Below, piece after piece: positions 37,704-50,195 of a DNA stretch of 64,000 nt. The notes under the pieces were generated by a model. That model searched no databases. It had not been told where the DNA came from and was given only the letters and a program-made list of their open reading frames with translations. Within the stretch, counting starts at the first letter, position 1; the number at the start of each line of letters is the position of its first letter. The translations under genes were made by a program, and so were the position numbers. This DNA comes from Heteronotia binoei (lineage: Eukaryota): positions 31,310,001-31,374,000 of the forward strand of contig NC_083233.1 in NCBI RefSeq assembly GCF_032191835.1, written 5' to 3'.

Positions 37704-38304
37704 GTGCTGTGGCTCTTAGGGAGAAGTGTCGGATCCTCATCTGTGGGCACAGTATGGTGTTTTGGGCTGCCCACCAGGCCAGGAGATTGCCAGTTGGCAC
37801 CCAGTTGGGTCTCAGCAAGTGGGCAACAGTGGAGTGGTTGGGTCGCCATGGTCTGTGTTGCCCGGAGATTATGCCATTGTTGTTACGTGGGAGGAGGGCG
37901 CCTCCTCCGCACATCCTGGTTGTCCATCTTGGTGGTAATGACCTGGGATTTATGAAGGGGAAGGCCCTTTCCTTGCAGGTGCATGAGGATCTTTGGGCCA
38001 TTAAGTGAAGATGGCTAGTTGTTGTTTTAATGTGGTCAGCAATTCTGCCACGCAGGGTCTGGTGGTCCGCTCTGTCTCCTGCGGGGATAGAACAGCCAGA
38101 CGCAAGGCCAATTGGGCCTTGCAGAAGGCCATGGAAGGGGGCCTAGGGATATTTCTTCCCCATCCAGCCATACGAGTCAAGAATGCCGACTTGTATAGGC
38201 CGAATGGGGTTTATTTATCAGAGCTGGGCAACCGGGCCTTTTTGGATGAACTGAGGCAGGGGTTGCGGTCAGCTCTGGGCTGTCTGGTGGGCGCTAATGC
38301 CTAA
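37704..38304 (+). pseudogene. SGNH/GDSL hydrolase ORF of Ngaro element
   Basis: Block I ICGHSM, block II WLGRHG, block III HLGGNDL, block V NGVYL (from DGVHL). Internal stop at 38006-38008. Confidence 0.82.
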
Positions 38305-41300
38305 GCAGAGGCTTGGCATTGGTGGTGGCAGGATGAGGTATGGGCCACAGAGTTTTCAGGGGAGCACCTATGGCTCAGCACCAGGTGGTGCGGGTGGTCT
38401 GTATGAACAGCAGATGGGCTTTACGGTTCAATGCTGGGAGTGCAGATCACGACAAAGCCTCACCGGGGCGGATCTTTCCAGATGGATTGATGCTGGCCTG
38501 GGTGGAGGTTGGCTTTGGGGCTGGCTGCTCAGCACCAGCCAGAATATATTGAACTCATGCTGGGGGCAGGGTGGCTCGCCACTTTTGAGACAAGGCGGGG
38601 TCATGGGCTGACCCCAGGACTTGTCTTGTTAGGCCATACCCCTTGCCCTTCTAGTTCGTTCAAGTTATTTAATAAATAAAGTGGCCCGGTTTATCCAACA
38701 CACTGTGTCAGCCTCTTCATTCCGACTGGGGGGGGGGGCAAACTTCGGCAGCCCTACTTATATCCTGTGCAATGCTCATTGATAACGATCCAACCTCAAA
38801 TGTGTTAATTATCATTAGTCTTGCTTATTCACCATAACTTTTGTATGAGAGAGCTAGGATAGAAGTACCTCCTTATGACTGCCCCCCCCCCATTCCTTCT
38901 GCTGTCATGTTCTTCCTGCTAGTTCCACTTGGGCCTTAGGATTGGGGGGTCAGTAGGACACCAGCTGAGTGCTTCAGGTCCTTCCTTTCCTCTCCTGGAG
39001 CAGTTTGCTTCCTGGCATTGCACTGCCTCCTTCGTCACCTGATTGTGAAGCCTTTGTTCTACTTCTTTGTTCTGCCTCCTCCACCCTTGAGGAGCCAATC
39101 AGACTTCCCCATTAACCCGATTGCTCCTGCACCTGGATCTAGCCTTGTCTGCTGGCTGCCTCCAGGTGATTCTCTGGGCTGTCCTAAGCAAGGGGCACCA
39201 GCAGATGACATCATCAACCAGAGCCAGGAAAAGGCTTCCTTAGTTGCTGCCTTGGCAGTTCTTCTTCTTTCCTCCTTCCTTTGTGAGGCCCAAGTCAAGG
39301 TAAGGATTTTAGCTCTGTGACCTTGGGGGATGGGGGTAAGTTCAGATACAGGTCCAGTTTTATTAAAGACTTAGAGAAAATATTACAAATTTGGACATTG
39401 GACATTTGGACATTGACTGCAACATCGAGTTAATGGAGTCAATAAGTCTCCCTAATGGAGGAAAATGTGAACCCTTAGTAGCGAATAAAGCTCCAACATC
39501 CACAGTATATTCCAGGCTAGCATAACTTTGGCTCTTTAGCCTCAATGGTATCGGTAAACAGAAAGGGTCTCTTGCATGAATTTTCACACCTTATCACCAA
39601 TGACAGAATCTTGATGATGTTATTTTTATGACTGCAGTTGGCTCATGTTTATCTAAGAATACCTTAATAGTGTGAAACGTCCTCTAAAATGAAAGGTTAG
39701 CTGTTATAGAATTCAATATCCTTTAGGGTAGGAAAGATTATCAAATGATTTCTTGATAATTATCCCTTTAGTTGAATATGCAAGTTCATCTTGGATATAT
39801 TTGTCCTGGGCAGTGCTAAAGTTGAACCAATATAATTGGCACTGCAATTTCCTCTGCAGTGAGATTCAAAGTGAACCAGGAGGCCTCCTCAGATGAAACA
39901 TCTATGAACTTTGAAAAGATCAAAACAAATTTTAACAAGAAATCTTTGAAACTTTTTTCCAAAGGTATATTACTATGTATATATAATTATAGACAAGGGC
40001 AGACATCATGATGCTAATCTCTGTTGTACCTATTGCCTTTTGTAGGGGAAAGGAAGGGAAATGTGTAGAAGAAACGTGCAAGAGAAATGTGACCCTATGG
40101 ACCAGCCTAGTAATTTGTGCCTGTTTTCATCCTGTTGCTTCAAGTTGCCTCCAAGTAGCCTTCAAAAATGCCAGTCTTCAGCAAATGGTTTCTCATTTTT
40201 AAGTGCTTTCTTGTTGGATATACGGCAAGACTTTCCATGCTGGGAAAAATACCGGTCTCCTGGGGCTATGGACATTTATATTCAGAACAAGATGGCATAT
40301 GGAAAGAATACAAATCATCCCCAGCTCTTTGTGTTGTGACATTTCAGAGGTGGGAAAATATAGAACCCTTCACTTTTAGCTCGGTCTGTGAACCTAGATA
40401 GCTATATGGAGTGAGATATTTTTGTTAACTGCAATGGCCCTTGACATTTTTTTTTCTTTTTTAGTATTTGTGGATTCAAATAAAGCTATCCATTTTCTGA
40501 AATGCAAAATGTATAGAAAGAACTGATTCCAGGCTGGTCTTGAAGAACACCACTCAGTGATAGAGTCCTGCATTGCCCAGGCTTGGATCATAATTTATTT
40601 GCTTCCCTGAGCTTCTCATTATTTCTGACCTTGTTTCCAGTAGGCTAGGATGACCTTCTTGGGATACCATCATGATAGTCAGATGACATCTTTGTTTTCT
40701 CTTTTGGTACTCATTCTCTTTCTTCAGAGTTTCCTGAGAGTGGCTGCCTTGCACTGGGAGCGCTATTGAAACGAGACACTGAACCCTTGCAGAGTTGCAC
40801 AAGAAGCTCTCTAACTGCTTAGCCTAACATTTAAATCAGGCCAGATTGGTATGAAGTCAGGTGGTGCACACACCATGACTTCCCCCTTTGGCCTCATCTG
40901 GTAGGAGGGAAGAGGCAGGGAGCATCTTGATTTCTCTTTTCCTTGGCTTTCGTATGTAACTTTCAAGTTGCACATGCTGCTTTTTTTCCTTGAATAGGAA
41001 TAGGCCCTTACAACCAGCCCTTTACCCATGAACACAATATTGCTTGTCAGAAGTCTTCCCACCAATTCAAAGGGATTGGTGTTGATTGCTTTCTACCTCT
41101 GAATTTTCTGCATGGTGCCCCTTCCTTCCTACCACAGTGCCAGAATTTATAATTTAAAGATATTCTCTTTTGAGTTAACAGTGCGAAGGAACTGGTAACT
41201 TGAGGACTTGCCCTAATGTGACATGACCTTAATTCTAGAACAAAGCTGAGAGACAGCTCTACAAGAAGTTTCAGTTGCTATTCATATTAAAGTTTTTTTC

Positions 41301-41462
41301 TAAGTAGTTCTTTATTCTGATACTTTTATCTATGGACACAGAAATATTACATTCATTCTACAGTGTTATCCGTTCCATATCTGGAGACTTTTGGCAGGGA
41401 AAGTAGGTAGTGTTCACACAGAACCTCACATGAGTCAGTGTTCCTACACAACCTCTACAGTT

Positions 41463-41666
41463 TGGGTTGCCAACCTCCAGGTGTTGCCTGGATATCTCCA
41501 GATAACAGAGATCAGATCTCTTGGAGAAAATGGTTGTTTTAGAAGATGAACTGTATGGAATTATACACCACTGAGGTCCTTCTCCAAACCCTCCCCTCCT
41601 CAAGGTCCACCCACAAATCTTAATAAATTTCTCAACCAATCAACCAGCTTGAAGTTGGCAATACTA
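41463..41666. mobile_element. Degenerate hAT-like MITE (TAGGGTTGCCA family)
   Basis: TGGGTTGCCAACCTCCAG ... GTTGGCAATACTA termini. Confidence 0.55.
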
Positions 41667-41729
41667 TTTTTGGTATGGGTGGTGGTGGTAATGAGGAGAA
41701 GAATGAGGATGATTTATCGTATGGCAGAA

Positions 41730-43150
41730 TTACACAAAAAAAGCATATAATATAAAATGCATTAGCAAGTTGATAAAATGGGTATGCAGACTGATTGGGT
41801 AATCCCCCCAAATACTAATATTTAAATTTTCAAACCACTCAGTTGCAGCTGGGGAGAGTCCAAAGAGTTCCATCACATCTCTCCGGAAAGCACAACACTC
41901 ACATTTCCATGACAGATGGGAAATAGTTTGGCAAGCTGTACCACAATCACATTCTGGTCCTGATATCCTGCCCCATTTAAACACCAGGTCTACACAACTG
42001 CCAAAGCCTGTTCTTGTTCTATTAACCATCTTCCAAACTTTACATGGCAAGTCATATCCTAAGGGCCTCTCATTGGTGTTACAGGTTATGAACATAAGAC
42101 CATAAGAGAAGCCATGTTGGATCAGGCCAATGGCCCATCCAGTCCAACACCCTGTGTCACACCGTGGCTAAAAAACCCAGGTGCCATCAGGAGATCCATC
42201 AGTGGGGCCAGGACACTAGAAGCCCTCCCACTGTTGCCATTCCCAAGCACCAAGCACTTGCCCCAGACAGAGAGTTCCAGCAATACGCTGTAGCTAATAG
42301 CCACTGATGGACCTCTGCTCCATGTTTATCCAAACCCCTCTTGAAGCTTGGTATGCTTGTGGCCACCACCACCTCCTGTGGCAGTGAATTCCTTGTGTTA
42401 ATCACCCTTTGGGTGAAGAAGTATTTCTTATCCATTCTAACCCAATTGCTCAGCAATTTCATTGAGTGCCCACGAATTCTCATATTGTGAGAAAGGGAGA
42501 AAAGTACTTTCTTTACCTTCTCTGTTCCATGCATAATCTTGTAAACCTCTGTCATGTCACCCCTCAGTCAACGTTTCTCCAAGCTAAAGAGCCCCAAGTA
42601 TTTTAACCTTTTTTCATAGGGAAAGTGTTCCAACCCTTTAATCATTCAAGTTGCTCTTTTCTGGACTTTTTCCAATGCTATAATATCTTTTTTGCGGTGC
42701 GGTGACCAGAATTGTACACGATACTCCAAATGTGTACTGGTTATCAGGTGGAACAGATTTCATTCATTTCAGTTATGATCAGGTGGAACTGATTTCATCC
42801 ATGATCACAGCCATTCATTTCTTAAACTGAAATGTCATGATTGAAGGATCTGTGCAGATCTTATTGCAGGTGTCAGGATCTTAGACTGGAAAGGCCCGCG
42901 TCAACAATGTCTTTGTGAATGGGCAGCTCTGTTTTCAATTATCTTTCTAAATTCATGAAGAGCATCTTGTCTTTGGAGATGCTGGGAAGTGATGTGGCAC
43001 AAAGTGGATAGCCAATAGGTCGGAGTGGGTTCAATACATCTGATGGTTCCCCTTGTATTGAATTGGGGTGCAATTCTAGCTTGCCTTCTCATGGTGCACT
43101 CTGAATAATTCTAAAGAGTTAGAACTTCTGGCTGCCAGATAATTGTTGGA
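41730..43150 (-). mobile_element. Ingi/Vingi-clade LINE 3' portion, interrupted by CR1
   Basis: WKMVNRTRTGFG...KWG...CDCG...QTISH (C-terminal Cys/His motif) at 41730-42085 and IEPTPTYWLSTLCHITSQHLQRQDAL at 42901-43092, in the same orientation on either side of the CR1. Confidence 0.6.
42088..42734 (-). mobile_element. CR1 LINE 3' fragment
   Basis: EVYKIMHG...FSLSHN.R.RGHSMKL...YFFTQRVIN.RNSLPQEVV; 3' UTR with (TTCTTATG)-type tail, same family as 44681-46170. Confidence 0.92.
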
Positions 43151-43317
43151 TCTCCTGACTAAACTACACACTTGGGGAAAAATTAACCAATCAAACAGTC
43201 TTTCTCAGGACTATTTGATAAGGGGTACAGAAGACTGCATCTGAGCCAGCCAATGGATGATGATGCGTGACTCTTAATCAAAAGAGATAAAGTGATATCA
43301 CAACACTTTGGACCTGA

Positions 43318-43520
43318 CCTGGATAGCCCAGGCTAGCGTGATCTCACCAGATCTTGGAACCTAAGCAGGGCTGACCCTGGTTCGTACTTTGAATGGGAGA
43401 CCATCAAGAAAGTCCAGGTTTGTTACACAGAGATATTCAATGGCAAACCACCTCTGAACATCTCTGGCTTATGGGGTCACCACAAGTCAGCTGTGACTTG
43501 ACAGCACTAATAATAATAAC
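43318..43520 (+). mobile_element. 5S rRNA-derived SINE with RTE/BovB-like tail
   Basis: GATCTCACCAGATCTTGGAACCTAAGCAGGGCTGACCCTGGTTCGTACTTTGAATGGGAGACC aligns with the 5S rRNA internal promoter region. Tail GGGGTCACCACAAGTCAGCTGTGACTTGACAGCAC plus (TAA)n. Confidence 0.75.
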
Positions 43521-44680
43521 ACCACCTCTTCTCAATCTGAACAAGGCCCTTGGACATTTATTTCTTTTAAAAGCGGAACAAAATTTACGTTATTAACGTT
43601 CACAGTTCTGTACAAGCTTTTCATTCCAATTGCTGTTCTGACAACAGAAATGGTGAACAGAATCCTCCAATGCATTGCTATTGAACAGCCTCCCCTCATT
43701 TTCTCCTCATAATCATTTTGCTGACCACCGGGTGACAAATCCAATGCCCCAGCAGATGGCTCAAACTTCTTGACTGCTCTGTGGGGATGCAGACCACCTG
43801 CTTGAGACTGGGGCAACATTTAATGTTAAGTCTTGAAATGTACCCCATGGCCAAGAAGGAACCTTCCTTGCTGGCTGTGCTGGGAGAGCTCTTTTCCCAG
43901 TCAGTATGTTGCAATTCCTTACAGTGATTTTTTTTTTCCAGTTTGCAGAGCTCCCCATGTATGCCCTGCCAAAATAACATGAGCGTCACAGCGTGAAGGA
44001 TATCAAGAGGAAGAAAGGAAAATAGAAGCCAACAAGATTGAGAGTTCACAGAATAAGGAAAGAAAAATGCCTTTCCAATACAGAAAACAAGGAGAATGTG
44101 CAGGGGGGAGAGATGCATTTGCAACCTCTTGCAAGGAAAAGGAAGCCACAAGAGGAAAGTGTAGCACACAGCCAGGATAATAATTTATCTTCCAGGTCAT
44201 TTATTGTCATTTGTATCACAGAGACCAGCCGTGATGGATATGTGGATACCATATGTTTGGTGCCCGTAATACAAAAGTCTACAAAGGTGGAAAAGAAATA
44301 CCAGCATGTTTCCACTCCATGCAAGCTAACCTAGAGAGCTAGCAATAGTATAATATTAGGAAACACAAACCTGGACACAAACAATTGATTTATTTATCAT
44401 TTAAATTTATAAATTGCTCAGTCCCTGAATACCCAGGGCTCTGAGCAATGAACAACAACAATAAAATGTATTAATCAAACAATTCCAACTTTTTTTACAA
44501 CCCCTCCCCCCATAAGTAACAGTATTCAGACGGCACTAATACATCTAATTTCAACTGTATCCTCCTCTTGTAGGGGTGTAGGTGGAAGCATAGTTGGAGG
44601 TGGGAGAAGGAGGGGGGAGTACCAGCCAAGATGGTGCTCAGTGCTGTTCTCAAAGGTCTGGTGGAATGTCTCCACCTTGC

Positions 44681-46170
44681 ATAAGAACATAAGAGAAGCC
44701 ATGTTGGATCAGGCCAATGGCCCATCCAGTCCAACACTCTGTGTCACACAGTTGCCAATACATACACACACACACACACACACACATACTGTGGCGAATA
44801 TCTACTGATGGACCTCTGCTCCATATTTTTATCCAATCCCCTCTTGAAGCTGGCTATGCTTGTAGCCGCCACCACCTCCTGTGGCAGTGAATTCCACATG
44901 TTAATCACCCTTTGGGTGAAGAAGTACTTCCTTTTATCTGTTTTAACCTGACTGCTCAGCAATTTCATTGAATGCCCATTAGTTCTTGTATTGTGAGAAA
45001 GGGAGAAAAGTACTTCTCTCTCTACCCTCTCCATCCTATGCATAATCTTGTAAACCTCTATCATGTCACCCCGCAGTCGACGTTTCTCCAAGCTAAAGAG
45101 CCTCAAGCGTTTTAACCTTTCTTCATAGGGAAAGTGTTCCAAACCTTTAATAATTCTAGTTGCCCTTTTCTGCACTTTTTCCAATGCTATAATATCCTTT
45201 TTGAGGTGCAGTGACCAGAATTGTACACAGTATTCCAAATGAGACCGCACCATCGATTTATACAGGGGCATTATGATACTGGCTGATTTGTTTTCAATTC
45301 TCTTCCTAATAATTCCCAGCATGGCATTGGCCTTTTTTATTGCAATCACACACTGTCTTGACATTTTCAGTGAGTTATCTATCACGACCCCAAGATCTCT
45401 CTCTTGGTCAGTCTCTGCCAGTTCACACCCCATCAACTTGTATTTGTAGCTGGGATTCTTGGCTCCAATGTGCATTACTTTGCACTTGGCCACATTAAAC
45501 CTCATCTGCCATGTTGACGCCCAGCCTCAACAGATCCCTTTGGAGTGCCTCACAATCCTCTCTGGTTCTCACCACCCTGAACAATTTAGTGTCATCTGCA
45601 AACTTAGCCACTTCACTGCTTACTCCCAATTCCAAATCATTTATGAACAAGTTAAAGAGCATGGAACCCAGTACTGAGCCCTGTGGCACCCCACTGCTTA
45701 CCGTCCTCCACTGCGAAGACTGCCCATTTATACTCACTCTCTGCTTCCTATTAGCCATTTTTTGATCCACAAGAGGACCTGTCCTTTTACTCCATGACTC
45801 TCGAGCTTACTAAGGAGCCTTTGATGAGGAACAAAAGCTTTCTGGAAGTCAAGGTAAACAACATCTATTGGGTCTCCTTTGTCCACATGTTTGTTCACCC
45901 CCTCAAAGAACTGTAACAGGTTAGTGAGGCAAGATCTTCCCTTACAGAACCCATGCTGAGTCTTCCTCAAAAATTTGTGTTCATCAATGTGTCTACTCAT
46001 TCTGTCTTTGATAATGGCTTCTACCAACTTTCCCAGTATTGAAGTCAGACTGACTGGCCTGTAATTTCCTGGATCTCCTCTGGAACCCTTTTTAAAGATG
46101 GGGGTGACATTTGCTACCTTCCAGTCCTCAGGAATGGAGGCAGATTTCAATGAAAGATTACATATTGCAA
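44681..46170 (-). mobile_element. 5'-truncated CR1 LINE (RT domain and C-terminus, frameshifted)
   Basis: NYRPVSLTS, YLDFQKAF, GVPQGSVLG, KFADDTKL, MRFNVAKCKVMH; 3' UTR with a (CA)n insertion at 44761-44787. Confidence 0.95.
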
Positions 46171-46179
46171 GTCCTGTGG

Positions 46180-47340
46180 AACTGCATAAGGTCCCACAGG
46201 GTATGGTTGTCATTTGGCAGAGTTCCACTAGGCTGGGGTCAGGGCAGAAAAGGCCCCAGCCATGGTTGAGGACAGCCAGATGTCTTCTGGGCTGGGGATC
46301 ACCAATAAGTTGTTTTCACTGGAGTGTGATGTTCTTCAGGGGGCATACTGGAGGAGATAGGGAAAGATCGGTTGTGTCCATGAGCGGGCCCTATATTCTC
46401 TTCCAGTTGGCTTTTGCTCAAGTTGTCTGAGCTCCTGTTTCATTTCCTTGAGTTCCATAGTTTACCTCTTGGGCAGGAACAGAGAGGACACCGGGTGGCA
46501 ACTTTATCAGTGGCTTTAGAGAGTTGGGAATTCCAGTCTTCCACAGCACATTCAATGGTCATTGGGGGGCTTCAGATCCTGCAGAGCATTCTGGGACCCA
46601 ATTGGGCCCATTAGTCTCTGTGGGTGAACATAGATCAGCTCATCTCCTAGACAGGGGGGAACATAACACTTAGCCAGACCCGCAGGACCAAGTGACCTGA
46701 CCATGGCACTTTCAACTTTGCATCAGATCCATCTCCACCCCAATTCTAAAGATTAAATCCAACATGTGACCCACTTGATGTGTGGGACCTAATACAATCA
46801 GCGTTGCCATGGAAGACATCTGGTGCGATGCCTGGATGGAGCCCACAGCTTCATCAGCATTGCTGCTGATGACCCCAAGAACTATCATCCTTGAGAACTC
46901 CCAAGCCCAGCTTTCTAAGACCTCCAGCAGGCTCAGCAGGCTGTCCACTGATGTATTAGGCAGTCGGCACACCAGACATACAGCCAAACTCCAGGGAAAG
47001 ATGCCAAACATACAGCCAAACAAGGGGTTGTATCCAGAATGCATTGGCAATTTTCATCCACCTTTCCCTTTCTGCTGTAGACCCCCTTCATGTCATTCCT
47101 CAGGAACCCATATTTCCCAGGAACAGCATTTTGTGGATATCTTTGTGCTGCAGTGGGCAAGAAAGGCATAGAAGTCCCATTCTGCCTGTGGAAAATTTAG
47201 TCTGAATCCAACTTGAGGAGTCCTGGGTTCAAAATTCTGCTCATGGGGTGTCTTGGGAAAGACTTGGCCACACAGGTTTTCATGAATGAGGGAGATGGGC
47301 AATTTAATTCTTTCCTCTGTTCCCATTTCCCTGCTGAAAA
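46180..47340 (-). mobile_element. Old L2-like LINE fragment (endonuclease region)
   Basis: Degenerate translation VCLVCRLPN (VYRPP-like), MIVLG.., GPTHQVGHMLDLIF (TH..GHTLDL motif). Confidence 0.55.
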
Positions 47341-48301
47341 CGATCACCCCTTCCAAGCTGGCTTTATCTCTGAGGGGTAAGTTACAGATACAGTTTACAA
47401 CCCCCAGCTGGGGCTTGTTCTCCTAGAATTATAAATGATGTCCAGAGACCAAAGAGATCAGATCCCCTGAAGGAAATGGCAGAGTCTATGACATGACATT
47501 CTCACTGAGCTCCCCCCTCCCCAAACACAGCCCTCCTCAGGCACTGCTCTCAAATCTCCAGGAATTTTCCAAACTAGAGTTAGCATCCCAGTGCAAAATA
47601 TGTAGGCTAAGGTCTGATTCTCTCCTGTGGCTGGAAGAAAGGTAGAGGAGATGGATGAGGAAAAAGTCTGAGAGAAAAAGGAGAAAATGTGGGGAAACTT
47701 TACACAGAGCACAGAGAACCTATGTGTTGTATGGAGGTGGCCAAAATACAATGTGAAGACATAAGGAATTATAGGCTAGTGTGACAATTGGTGAATCCAT
47801 GTGGTGGGCTAAACATAGAATGTTTAAATGTTGGCTGCTCATCTTTAATAACTTTTGACATTAAAATCATTTCTGAAAAGAAGGAACTATTCCTTACAAA
47901 TGGAAACTCTGTGTTCCATTTCATTTTATAAAGTCAGTTCTGAAATGCTAGTCTAGGAAAGCTTCGTAATAGTCGCCCGTCTATTAGATGCAAACGAGTC
48001 CAAACCCCCATCAGGACAAAGCTCTGTAAGAGCTTATAATGAGCTGAAGGAAATAATTGTCATGGTGCATAATAGCTTCTCCTTCAAAACAACTGTAACA
48101 TGTTAAGGTGAAGTGACAAAAAGATATTAGTAGAAGGGTGCCAGGACTGTGCGCTTCACTGTATTTGTCTGTTGGAGTTTCCATTATAGCCTCCACTTTA
48201 AGTCAGGCAGATAAATTCACCTTGAGGCAAAACATGAAAGTTTCATGCAGAAATAAATGCATTGCAGCAAGTTTTGTAATAGACGTGCATGTTACTTACC
48301 A

Positions 48302-48357
48302 AGATGATGATGGTGATGGTGATGGTGATGATGATAACAACAACTACAACAACAGCA
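48302..48357. repeat. Compound (GAT/GGT)n-(AAC)n microsatellite
   Basis: GATGATGATGGTGATGGTGATGGTGATGATGATAACAACAACTACAACAACAGC. Confidence 0.9.
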
Positions 48358-48589
48358 GCCACCTGTCAGAAATTCATGGGACCACAGACCAGTCAAGATC
48401 TTGGTGAATGAGGAAACAAAGATTCTTTGGGTCTTCTGATTGCAAACAGAAAAACACCTGGAGCATAATATCCCCAATATCACAATTACAGAAAATATAT
48501 TAGAAATAGGGTTTAGATAATAGACACTGCAATCTCAGGAGACAGCAAAATAGAGAAAATCACAAAATACCAAAACTTATGAATAGACT

Positions 48590-48830
48590 TAGAACACCTC
48601 TGAGAGAAGAAGGTTACCATTGTGTTAGCTGTCATTGGAGCCCATTGGAGTTGTGAAGTCTCAAGAAACATTTGGACATTCGGGGTTCTAAGAATATAAC
48701 ACTCACTCCGCTCCAAAAGACAGCATTGCTTGGAATAGCAAGAATCCTGCAGATACATCTGCAATTCCTAAGAACTTGGCTAGATCCTGAATTGCAGAAC
48801 ACTATCTACCATTCATAAATTGTATTAATT
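48590..48830 (+). mobile_element. R4/Dong-type (restriction-like endonuclease) non-LTR 3' fragment
   Basis: Degenerate AVIGA.G...LKKHLD....LQKTALLGIARIL...I, the typical C-terminus of RLE-bearing R4/Dong ORFs. Confidence 0.55.
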
Positions 48831-49559
48831 ATAATTAACTAGGAATAAGGCCTGTTGTGGGAATAAGTACAACGAGCTCTAGAAAGAGGCTCTGGGCGAG
48901 TGTCCCTGCCTTTGATCCCTTTTCCGAGTGTCAGCCAAAACCCAGTAACAAATTATGCAGTCCCTCCAAGCTTATCACCCTGGCAAAATGTGTGAAGTTT
49001 CCCAACATAGTGTTTCAAGATAGCCATCAATGGAACATCAAAGCCCCTTTTGTAGCTAACGACCCCCATCTGTTGAATCCCTATATAGTGTGGGTCAAAA
49101 ACTCACCTCGGTGTGCATTTTGTAGTGTGCCATTTGCAGTCTGTACCACCCGTTACTCCTGTAATTGGGTCTATAAGGCGCGTTATGCTGGTCGTTCACG
49201 TTTCTCTCCTTGTATTTTTCCATTGAACAGACATCTCCTCTTCTGGATCAGGTGAATATTACCCACTTCAACAAACCCTTGAATTTTTCTATCGATAACC
49301 TCTATTTTCTTAACCTCTTGATTGCTTGTACAGAGATCTGTGTGTGTGTGTGTGCGTATGTAAATCCTTTTGCTACCTATCATAAGTAAACACTATAAAT
49401 ATACTTGCTTGGACTATTCTTGGCTGAAAACCCAAACTCCGTATTATTGAAAGCAAAGATCTTCACTCCTAATTCACTCTACCAAGTCTCTTAGCTAATT
49501 TCCCCATTAAAAATAAGAGACTTAAAAGCATTGCCTGTAACAAAACCAGACTGTGAGTA

Positions 49560-49620
49560 TGTGGCTGTGACCACGCACACTAAATAATGCACTTTCAATC
49601 CACTTTCAATGCACTTTCTT
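49560..49620. mobile_element. Half of the palindromic Harbinger-like MITE family seen at 57183-57337
   Basis: GGCTGTGACCACGCACACTAAATAATGCACTTTCAATCCACTTTCAATGCACTTTC. Confidence 0.55.
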
Positions 49621-50195
49621 ATGTTAACCAAATTTATTAAATTTTGCAATATATTGAAATGTATTTCAAATAATAAAAAAGAAAAAAGCAATATTTCAAT
49701 CCTTATCAATACATTACACATTTTCTTTTTTTTTCTCACTTCCCCCACCTCTTTTCTTTGACCTCTGTCGGTGCTTCAAGCTATTGAGAAAAAACAATTA
49801 AGGTGCCATCCGTTTTAGAATCTTGCACTATAAAACTTACATAAAATCTAATAACACCTCTATATCTCTATTTATAATTCGGTCTCCTAGCTTTCCTTCA
49901 GGACATTGTTAGCACATCCTGAACTAATTTATCTCAATATACTAAATCATATCACCTTAACCTTTTAGTTCACCCATAGTATTACACTTATGTTTCATCT
50001 ATTATCACACCAGTTATAGCTATTTAATTATTTTTAAGTATTACACTTATCTTTCATCAATCTATTATCACATCTATTATAACTGTTTGTTGTAATTATC
50101 ACTATATTTTTAACTGCTAATAAAAGGATCTATTGTATATTGATTAAAAAAATTCTTTCTAATCATCTGTCTCCCCCATTTTCCCCTATTTCAGG

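Larger units (their letters stand above)
32840..38741 (+). mobile_element. Ngaro-type tyrosine-recombinase (DIRS-order) retrotransposon, decayed
   Basis: Gag-like ORF1 with Zn finger, RT/RNase H, tyrosine recombinase and SGNH hydrolase in order, with no integrase or protease. TATA CTATAAAAG at ~33020 and AATAAA at ~38671-38680. The 5' boundary is approximate. Confidence 0.88.

Noticed and set aside
38927-39295. Possible MITE with ACTTGGGCCT / AGGCCCAAGT ends
   Set aside because: Only a 10-bp inverted match and no TSD seen, so it could be chance.
40203-40350. Possible plus-strand exon with three open frames
   Set aside because: Weak donor, no frame preference and no recognisable protein. Too ambiguous to call.
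43334-43425. Functional 5S rRNA gene
   Set aside because: Many substitutions, no intact 5' end or T-run terminator, and it continues into a retroposon tail.
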